DNA of 64,000 bases, from positions 1,476,697 to 1,540,696 of the forward strand of contig CAVONI010000011.1 of the NCBI GenBank assembly GCA_963697285.1. The letters run 5' to 3'. Origin of the DNA: an uncultured Acidobacteriota bacterium (lineage in GTDB: Bacteria; Acidobacteriota; Vicinamibacteria; Vicinamibacterales; JAFNAJ01). Shown piece by piece: positions 27,206 to 34,236 of this stretch (within the stretch, counting starts at the first letter, position 1; each line of letters opens with the position of its first letter). The notes below the pieces were generated by a model. It was not told the DNA's origin, searched no databases, and saw only the letters and a list, made by a program, of their open reading frames with translations. The translations under genes were made by a program, and so were the position numbers.

Positions 27206-28330
27206 ATGATTCCGTCCATGCTGTTTCATGGACCGTTCCGCCACCGTTTCTGTCTCGGCGCCGCGCTCATCCTCGTGCTGGCGTCGGCGGGCGCGCGAGC
27301 GCAGCCGGCAGGCCAGGCACCGGCGGCCGCGACGCTCCACTGGTACAAGGGCAACACGCACACCCACACGCTCAACAGCGACGGTGACTCGACCCCTGAC
27401 GAGGTGGTGCGGTGGTATCGGGAACACGGCTACAGCTTCCTCGTGCTCACCGACCACAACTTCCTCACGTCCACTGACGCGCTCAACGCGCTGCACGGCG
27501 CCGACGAGCAGTTCCTGGTCGTCAAGGGCGAGGAAGTGACCTCGTCGTTCGAGACGGCGGCGATCCACGTCAACGGCCTCGACGTCTCGCACGGCGTGGG
27601 TCGACAGACGGGCACGTCGGTCGTTGACGTGCTGCAGAAGAGCGTCGACGCCATCCGCGCGGCGGGCGGGGTGCCGCACATCAACCATCCGAACTTCCGC
27701 TGGTCGATCACCCGTGAGCAGTTGCAGCAGGTCCGCAACAACAAGCTGTTCGAGATCTACAACGGGCATCCGCAGGTCAACGTCCTCGGGGGCGGGGGCG
27801 TGCCGGGGCTCGAAGAGGTCTGGGACGCGATCCTCACGAACGGCACGCTGCTCTACGGCATCGCGGTGGACGATGCGCACACGTTCAAGGATCCGGGGAA
27901 CCCCGACGTGGCTGGTCCGGGGCGCGGATGGGTCGTCATCCGGGCACCGCGCCTGGAGCGCCGAGCACTGCTCGAGTCACTCGAACGCGGGGACTTCTAC
28001 GCATCGACCGGCGTCGAGCTTTCCGATCTGCAGGTGACGTCCGACCGCATGCACATCGTCGTCAAGCCACTCACGTCGTCGAAGTACCGGGTCCAGTTCA
28101 TCGCGAAGACCGGGCGCGTGGTGCAGGAGTCGATCGAGCCGACGGCGACCTACGTGTTCAATGGCGACGAGGGATACGTCCGCGCCCGCGTCATCGAGAG
28201 CAACGGGCGGATGGCGTGGATCCAGCCGGTGCAGGTGACGCCGCGCAGCGCCGCGCGCATCGACGGCGTGGCGATGTTCCTCGTCGGCAGCGGCCTGCTC
28301 GCCATGTTCGTTCGCTTTCGCCGCCCGTAG
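27206..28330 (+). CDS. Secreted PHP-domain metallohydrolase (CehA/McbA-like) with C-terminal hydrophobic/basic tail
   Basis: Signal peptide (MIPSMLFHGPFRHRFCLGAALILVLASAGARA). PHP N-terminal motif GNTHTHTLNSDGDSTPDEVV...LVLTDHN. The tail is IDGVAMFLVGSGLLAMFVRFRRP*. The stop TAG lies inside a REP. Confidence 0.8.
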   Translation: MIPSMLFHGPFRHRFCLGAALILVLASAGARAQPAGQAPAAATLHWYKGNTHTHTLNSDGDSTPDEVVRWYREHGYSFLVLTDHNFLTSTDALNALHGADEQFLVVKGEEVTSSFETAAIHVNGLDVSHGVGRQTGTSVVDVLQKSVDAIRAAGGVPHINHPNFRWSITREQLQQVRNNKLFEIYNGHPQVNVLGGGGVPGLEEVWDAILTNGTLLYGIAVDDAHTFKDPGNPDVAGPGRGWVVIRAPRLERRALLESLERGDFYASTGVELSDLQVTSDRMHIVVKPLTSSKYRVQFIAKTGRVVQESIEPTATYVFNGDEGYVRARVIESNGRMAWIQPVQVTPRSAARIDGVAMFLVGSGLLAMFVRFRRP

Positions 28331-28352
28331 GGGCCGCGCCCCGCGCGGCCCG
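28327..28352. repeat. GC-rich REP hairpin
   Basis: Sequence GTAGGGGCCGCGCCCCGCGCGGCCCG. Its TAG is the stop codon of the PHP gene. Confidence 0.8.
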
Positions 28353-28441
28353 TCGCCCCCCGCACCCCACGGGCCCTTCGCTCCCCTGTCGCGCGGTGCT
28401 GTCCCCACCATTCCACCCCGAATCGCGGGTATCATCCCCTC

Positions 28442-29656
28442 GTGTTCAAGCGACAGCGGTCCGGAGCGGTCATCTGCACCTCGTGCGGTGTGCTGGTCAG
28501 CGTCAACGAAGAGCGCTGCTACAACTGCGGGCGCCGCAATCCCGGCTTGTGGGGATTCGCACCCGCCCTGCGATCGCTCGGCGGCGACATGGGGTTCGTG
28601 CCGCTCGTCATCGGCGCATGCGTGATCCTGTTCACGCTGACGCTCGTCGCCTCGCGCGGGGCGATCGGGATGGGCCGCCTGGTGACGATGTTCTCGCCGA
28701 GCAACGAGGCGCTGTTCCTGTTCGGCGCGAGCGGTGCGGTTCCCGTGTTCGGCGCCGGCCGATGGTGGACGGTGCTGAGTGCAGGCTGGCTGCACGGCGG
28801 CGCACTGCACATCTTCTTCAACATGCTGTGGGTGCGGCAGCTCGCACCGGCGACCGCGGAACTGTACGGTCCGGGGCGGATGGTGATCATCTACACGCTG
28901 GCGGGCGTCGCGGGCTTCGCCCTCAGCTCGTTCGCCGGGGCGTTCATCCCCGACCTGTTCGTCCTGCGCGGCGGGCGCTTCACCGTGGGCGCGTCGGCAC
29001 CCATCTTCGGCTTGCTGGGGGCGCTGGTCTACTACGGGCGCCGCACCGGCAGCAGCGCGGTTCACAGCCAGGCCATGGGGTACGCCCTGATGCTGGGCCT
29101 CTTCGGGTTCATCATGCCCGGCGTCGACAACTACGCGCACCTGGGCGGATTCGCCGGCGGCTTCCTCGCGGCGCGCATCCTCGATCCCCTCAGCCCCGAG
29201 CGGATCGACCACCTCGCCATCGCGCTGGCGTGCCTGGTGATCTCGTTGCTGTCGGTCGTCGCGTCAGTCCTGCACGGGCTTGCAGTTCCTGCGGCCAGCG
29301 TAGGACAGGCGTCAGGGCCGCGCGGGGGCGGGGTCAGGGCCGCACTGAGGTGCGGCCCCTACACCTCATCACCTGCATCTCATCACCTACACCTGATCAT
29401 CTGCACCTGGAGTGAACGCCGGGCGCCGGGCGCGCGGTCGGCGTCATGCCCGGCCGCACAGGGGTGTGGCCATCAGGAGCCTGCTGATCCGCGGCGTCAG
29501 CGCCGCCGGGTGTCGGTGGACGCGGGCGTGGGTGTACATCGTCCGCACGAATGCAGGGAGCGACCGCGGGAAGCGATACCCGACGGCGCCGCCGCGCAGC
29601 GCGACACCGTGGTCACGCACGCCGCCGCGCAGCGCGACATCCGTGGGGTCACGTGA
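28442..29656 (+). CDS. Rhomboid-family intramembrane serine protease with N-terminal zinc ribbon; 3' end uncertain
   Basis: GTG start. Zinc ribbon CTSCGVLVSVNEERCYNCG. Rhomboid motifs WLHGGALHIFFNMLW, GASAPIFGLLGA and AHLGGFAGGFL. After about codon 285 the ORF runs on for ~120 codons through the right inverted repeat. Confidence 0.8.
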   Translation: MFKRQRSGAVICTSCGVLVSVNEERCYNCGRRNPGLWGFAPALRSLGGDMGFVPLVIGACVILFTLTLVASRGAIGMGRLVTMFSPSNEALFLFGASGAVPVFGAGRWWTVLSAGWLHGGALHIFFNMLWVRQLAPATAELYGPGRMVIIYTLAGVAGFALSSFAGAFIPDLFVLRGGRFTVGASAPIFGLLGALVYYGRRTGSSAVHSQAMGYALMLGLFGFIMPGVDNYAHLGGFAGGFLAARILDPLSPERIDHLAIALACLVISLLSVVASVLHGLAVPAASVGQASGPRGGGVRAALRCGPYTSSPASHHLHLIICTWSERRAPGARSASCPAAQGCGHQEPADPRRQRRRVSVDAGVGVHRPHECRERPREAIPDGAAAQRDTVVTHAAAQRDIRGVT

Positions 29657-29697
29657 CAGATCATGCCCGGGCCGCGCGGGGGCGCGGCCCCTACGAG
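29312..29697. repeat. Right arm of the long inverted repeat (several REPs plus core with a 36-bp internal duplication)
   Basis: REPs at 29337-29362, ~29447-29472 (degenerate) and 29667-29694. The core at 29479-29666 is the reverse complement of 25394-25540, with a duplicated GTGACC..GCGCGGCGGCG segment. Confidence 0.8.
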
Positions 29698-30332
29698 TCC
29701 TGTGACGCCCCTTCGAAACGATCCTCGTCGTTGGCGAAGAGGATGTTGAACGACGTCAGCGACCCGTAGCAGCCCGTGATGTAGCCCTGCAGCTTCAGCT
29801 TGGCGTCCTCGGGCATCTCCATCGCGTTGACCTGCTGCTCGAGCATCCGCAGGCGATTGCGCAGCATCACGATCTTGTGGAAGAACGTCTCGATCGGGAT
29901 GACCTTGTCCTGGAGCCCGCTTCTGCCGGGACGAAGCACGAGGTCACCACCTCGCCACTTCTCGGCAGGGGCGACAGCCGTCAGGCCCGCCTCCTCGCGG
30001 ATGACCTGTCGCAGGAGGCGTTCGAGGTCGACACCGGGTGTATCGAGTGACACGGTTGGCTGCTCGCTGATTTCTCGCTCGGAGACGAGCGGGAGGGGCG
30101 TCGCTGCAGGGCGCAGGGGCGGCGTGCGCGACGTCGGCGATGACGCGCGCGGTTCGTCGCGCGGTCCGCCGCGGTAGTTGTGATCGCTGCCGCAGTACCC
30201 GCACGACACGCGCAACGGCTGCCGGCGTTCGTCGACGACGATGATGGTGTGCGACCGGTCGGCGTGACAGACGCGGCAATGGTCTTCGATCGACTGTCCC
30301 GCGCTGTAGGTGCGCGGCCCGTCAGCGCTCAT
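29691..30332 (-). CDS. Hypothetical protein with N-terminal CxxC...CxxC zinc ribbon
   Basis: 213 aa. Zinc ribbon HCRVCHADRSH...SCGYCGSDH, then a Pro-rich linker and a conserved-looking C-terminal domain (FFHKIVMLRNRLRMLEQQVN...GYITGCYGSLTSFNILF). The stop TAG is contributed by the REP at 29667-29694. Confidence 0.6.
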   Translation of the reverse strand: MSADGPRTYSAGQSIEDHCRVCHADRSHTIIVVDERRQPLRVSCGYCGSDHNYRGGPRDEPRASSPTSRTPPLRPAATPLPLVSEREISEQPTVSLDTPGVDLERLLRQVIREEAGLTAVAPAEKWRGGDLVLRPGRSGLQDKVIPIETFFHKIVMLRNRLRMLEQQVNAMEMPEDAKLKLQGYITGCYGSLTSFNILFANDEDRFEGASQDS

Positions 30333-30358
30333 GTGATGCTCCGGCAGGCATTGTACCC

Positions 30359-30433
30359 GCTGAGCCCTCGCGTGCTGAGCCCTCGCGTGCTGAGTTCTCC
30401 GTGGGCTGAGCCCTCACCGCCGAGCCCCTCAAC
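30359..30433. repeat. Decaying tandem repeat of a ~15-bp unit GCTGAGCCCTCGCGT
   Basis: Two perfect units (30359-30388) followed by about three degenerate units (GCTGAGTTCTCCGTGG, GCTGAGCCCTCACC, GCCGAGCCCCTCAAC). They lie in the divergent intergenic region 30333-30471. Confidence 0.75.
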
Positions 30434-30471
30434 TCGACGCAGCCGCGGCAGGTGGGGATAATCGGCCTCAC

Positions 30472-32295
30472 ATGGCGCCTTCCTTCGACGCGCGAACCGG
30501 CAGCACGGCCGCGTATGCCGCCCTGCTGTTCGCGCTCGTCATCATGGCCACACCGATCCGGGTCGGCGACGGAGGCGAGTACCTCGCGATGGCCATGAAC
30601 CTGTCGCGCCTCGAGCCGCCCTCGCTGTCGCTCGCCGATCTCGCGCGCGTCGATCACCGGCTCGACACGCTGGGGCCGAGCTTCCGCACGCGCGCCGTGC
30701 GCTTTCCCGCCCTTCGTGGCAGCGACGGCCGCCAGGACTTCCCGCACTTCTGGATGTATCCGCTGTTCGTGTCTCCGTTCCTTGCGGCAACTGACGCCGC
30801 GGGCCTGCACCCGAACTACGCCTTCGCGCTGGCCAACGTGCTCATGCTGGCCTCTGCGTGGTGGCTCGTCGTGCCGCGCCATGGCACGTGGCTGACCGGC
30901 CTTGTGCTGGTCAGCCCCATCGTCTGGTGGGCCGACAAGGCGCACGGCGACGCCTTCACCTACGCGCTGCTGACGGTCAGCTTCGGGCTCGTGACGACCC
31001 GTCCGGCACTGAGTCTCGTGGCGCTCGGCCTGGCCTGCTCGCAGAATCCTCCCCTCTCGGTCACGCTGCCGGCGGTCGTGGCCGCGGCGTGGCTCGCAGA
31101 CGGGACGTCGCCGACCGCTTCCGTCTGGCCACGGGCGAGCCGACGGCTCCCGGCAACCGTGGCGGCGATCGGGTTGGCCCTCCTGCCGATGGCCTATTAC
31201 TACGCGCGACTCGGCGTGCCGACACCGCTTGTTGGATGGACGTCGCCGCACGTGCCGTCGGCAGGCGAGATGGCGCGGTTCGTGGCCGACCCCAACATCG
31301 GCCTGGCGTGGGCGTTTCCCGGTGCGATCGTCGTCACCATCGCGGCGCTGATTGCGACGGCGAGGACGGCGCCGCGCGCCTTGCTGCGCGTACCCCTGCT
31401 GGCCGGCCCGGTGTGTGCGCTGCTCCTGCTGGCCGGATTCACGCAGTCGCTGAACATCAACAACGGCGCCACGCCGGGCGTCAACCGGTGGAGCCTGTGG
31501 CTCGTCCCCCTGGCCCTGCCCCTCTGGCTCGCCTGGCGTGACAGCGGCACGCGTCGTGCGCGCACGGTGATTCAGGCTGCCGCCGTCGCGTCGGTCGTGC
31601 TCTCGCTCTGGTCGTACGCGCCGCACTCGCCCGAGCGGTACGTCTATGCCTCCGCGGCCGCGCGCTGGATCTGGCACGACGCCCCCGGTCTCGACAATCC
31701 GCCGCTCGAGATCTTCGCCGAGCGCGTCTCGCAGACTGAGCCACCTCTCGTTCCGGTCGCCACGCGCGGCTGCACGAAGGTGCTCGTCAGCGAGGGACGC
31801 TGGCCCGTGCCGTGCGCGCCGTGGCCCCTGCCCCCCGAGTGCCGCCAGGAAGGCCAGCACTGCTACGCGAACGTCGCCCGCGAGGGATACGCCTTTGTCC
31901 CAGTGGCGATGCGGCACGGATTCGGCTTTCGCCCCAACCCGCGGACGTGGCCGACAGGCGATGCGGCGGCGGCCACCATCCGCGCCGGACTCGATCGGGC
32001 GGCACGGTGCGGTGCCCAGGTGGTCGCGGCAGGAGAGCGCTCGGTGATCGTCGCGACCGACCATGTGGCGTGGACGCTCGCCCTGCAGTGCTCGTCGGAG
32101 TTCCTGCTCTACGTTGCGGGGCCAACGGATGGCGCCCGCATGGCGCTGCGCCTGCCAGGGTCGATGACGCTGGTCATCGACGACCTCGCGACGCTCGCAC
32201 GTAGCCAGCGCACGGTGCCCGTCGCCGTGGCGTGGGAGCCGGTCGGCATCGCCGTGCCGGCCTCGGCGTCGGGCGTGCTCCTGCACCTGCGCTGA
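30472..32295 (+). CDS. Large polytopic membrane protein with C-terminal soluble Cys-containing domain (possible GT-C-like glycosyltransferase; hypothetical)
   Basis: 607 aa with about 10 hydrophobic helices in the first ~380 aa, then a soluble domain. The antisense ORF 30322..32379 is Arg/Gly-rich junk. No motif securely recognised. Confidence 0.55.
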   Translation: MAPSFDARTGSTAAYAALLFALVIMATPIRVGDGGEYLAMAMNLSRLEPPSLSLADLARVDHRLDTLGPSFRTRAVRFPALRGSDGRQDFPHFWMYPLFVSPFLAATDAAGLHPNYAFALANVLMLASAWWLVVPRHGTWLTGLVLVSPIVWWADKAHGDAFTYALLTVSFGLVTTRPALSLVALGLACSQNPPLSVTLPAVVAAAWLADGTSPTASVWPRASRRLPATVAAIGLALLPMAYYYARLGVPTPLVGWTSPHVPSAGEMARFVADPNIGLAWAFPGAIVVTIAALIATARTAPRALLRVPLLAGPVCALLLLAGFTQSLNINNGATPGVNRWSLWLVPLALPLWLAWRDSGTRRARTVIQAAAVASVVLSLWSYAPHSPERYVYASAAARWIWHDAPGLDNPPLEIFAERVSQTEPPLVPVATRGCTKVLVSEGRWPVPCAPWPLPPECRQEGQHCYANVAREGYAFVPVAMRHGFGFRPNPRTWPTGDAAAATIRAGLDRAARCGAQVVAAGERSVIVATDHVAWTLALQCSSEFLLYVAGPTDGARMALRLPGSMTLVIDDLATLARSQRTVPVAVAWEPVGIAVPASASGVLLHLR

Positions 32296-32417
32296 TCGGC
32301 ACGCGCTCCTGCTATGCTCAGGGACGTTCGACCGGCAGGCCAGTACGCCGCATCCGCCGGGGCCGCGGGGCCTCGACACGGATCGGCTTCTCTCACGACA
32401 TCTCGGAGCAGACCCTT

Positions 32418-33065
32418 ATGCAGACACGATGTACTCCATGGATCGCCGCCGCCCTGATCGCGGGCAGCATGGGCATGGCCCAGGCGCAGACACCAGCACC
32501 GGCGCGTCCCCTCAGCCCTCCCGGAACGGCCTCGACGCAGGTGGCCGGGCAATGGGTGAAGGGCGAGCGCGGCATGCGCTACGAGAACGGAAAGTGGATT
32601 GACGTCACCTACAACCGGCCGCTCCTGCGCGGTCGCCAGAACATCTTCGGCAGCGGCGCCGAGTACGGCAAGGTCGTGAATGGCGACGGGCCCGTGTGGC
32701 GCGTGGGCGCGAATCAGTCGACGCGTTTCAAGACCGAGGTCGCGCTGACGTTCGGGGGCAAGACGCTGCCGGCCGGCGAATACAGCATGTACGTGGACCT
32801 CAAGGAGAACAACTGGACGTTGATCTTCTCGACCTGGGCCGCGCAGCAGAAGTACGACCCCAACGACAAGACCGCGCTCTGGGGCTCCTACAACTACACG
32901 CCCGACAAGGACGTCCTGCGCGTGCCGATGACGGTCTCGGCCGTCCCGATGTCGATCGACCAGCTGTCGATCGGCTTCGTCGACGTGACCACCAACGCGG
33001 GCACGCTCGCGATCTGGTGGGACAAGACGCAGGCGACGGTGGCGTTCACGGTCGGCGGCTCGTAG
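32418..33065 (+). CDS. Secreted DUF2911-like protein
   Basis: Internal ATG MQTRCTPWIAAALIAGSMGMAQA (signal peptide). Blocks WRVGANQSTRFKT...LPAGEYSMYV...WTLIFS are recalled as DUF2911-like. Confidence 0.6.
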   Translation: MQTRCTPWIAAALIAGSMGMAQAQTPAPARPLSPPGTASTQVAGQWVKGERGMRYENGKWIDVTYNRPLLRGRQNIFGSGAEYGKVVNGDGPVWRVGANQSTRFKTEVALTFGGKTLPAGEYSMYVDLKENNWTLIFSTWAAQQKYDPNDKTALWGSYNYTPDKDVLRVPMTVSAVPMSIDQLSIGFVDVTTNAGTLAIWWDKTQATVAFTVGGS

Positions 33066-33138
33066 TCCTCACACCGCGGGGCACCGATCGTGGTGCCCCG
33101 CCTCCCTTCATCGCCGGGGACTCGACGCCGGCACCACC

Positions 33139-33990
33139 TCAGGTGTGATCGCGGATGAAGGCGGTCACCATGGGCCAGAACACGTCGGGCTGCTCCAGGT
33201 AGACGACGTGTCCCGCCTCGGCGATGGGCTCGTAGCGCGCATGGGGCAAAAGGTCGAGGAGCTTGCGCTGCTGCCACGGTGGAATGGCGCGATCCTCGGC
33301 GCCGGGCAGGATGAGCGTCGGCGCGGTGATGGCCTGGTAGCCCGCGCGGTTCTCGTCGAGCGCCGCGAAGAACGGGTCCTGCGCCTCGGTGAGTCTCACC
33401 AGGCTGTGCACGCGGTCCTTGTAGCGGGCGTGAAAGCGCTCGCGCATCGAGTCGAGGGCCTCGAGTCCCACGCGACGCACGAACGCCTCGCCGAAGATCT
33501 TCTCGTACATGTAGTGGGTGTACAGCTCGAAGACCTCAGGGCCGCCGCGGTAGAAGCGCAGCGAGATCGCCTCGTACATCTCGAACAGCACCTCGTGCGA
33601 GAGCAGGATGCCCGACAGGGTCAGCGTGGCGACGCGGTGGTGGAACAACCGCGCGAACTCGAGGGCGACGAACCCGCCGTACGACACGCCGACCAGGTGC
33701 ACGCGCGGCAACCCGAGGTCCGCGACCACCGCCTCGACGCATCCCGCCAGTTCCGGCATCGTGACCGGCCGATCGTCCGACGACGACCCACCCTGGCCCG
33801 GGTAGTCGATCAGGACGACGTCGAAGTCGGGCTCAAGGCGCTGGACGAAGGGATACCAGGCCTTCGTGTGCATCGCGAGGCCGTTGAGGAGGACGACCGG
33901 GGGCGCCGTCCCCTCGCCGATGTACTCCCAGAACAGCGCGTGGGGACCGTGCGCGAGGGTGCCGGAGCGTGAGTGGGCGAAGTCGGTCAT
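33139..33990 (-). CDS. Alpha/beta hydrolase
   Basis: Internal ATG MTDFAHSRSG. Block VVLLNGLAM (oxyanion region) and nucleophile elbow HLVGVSYGGF. Confidence 0.8.
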   Translation of the reverse strand: MTDFAHSRSGTLAHGPHALFWEYIGEGTAPPVVLLNGLAMHTKAWYPFVQRLEPDFDVVLIDYPGQGGSSSDDRPVTMPELAGCVEAVVADLGLPRVHLVGVSYGGFVALEFARLFHHRVATLTLSGILLSHEVLFEMYEAISLRFYRGGPEVFELYTHYMYEKIFGEAFVRRVGLEALDSMRERFHARYKDRVHSLVRLTEAQDPFFAALDENRAGYQAITAPTLILPGAEDRAIPPWQQRKLLDLLPHARYEPIAEAGHVVYLEQPDVFWPMVTAFIRDHT

Positions 33991-34236
33991 GGAGTTGAAG
34001 GATTCCCGGAGTCTTGTCGCCGGTCGGAGTTTTCGCCGGTGCAGGAGCGGAAAACGACTCCGGGAGTCATTCCCGAAGCGCAGCAATTCCGCTTGACAGT
34101 GCATTCATACACCTTCATGCTTCATTTGCACAACGACCGTTCGGTTTGTTTCTCGCGTCGGGGGGGCCGGTCAGGGCCGCACGGTTCTCCCGAACCGGAT
34201 CGTCACAGCTCATCGCGCGGTTCAGGGGAGGCATAC

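Noticed and set aside
25350-29697. Diversity-generating retroelement (template/variable repeat pair)
   Set aside because: There is no reverse transcriptase nearby. The repeats are inverted and intergenic. Mismatches between the copies are not adenine-specific.
34093-34098. TTGACA -35 box upstream of the first TonB receptor
   Set aside because: No acceptable -10 hexamer sits 16-18 nt downstream (catgct/atgctt), so I did not call a promoter.
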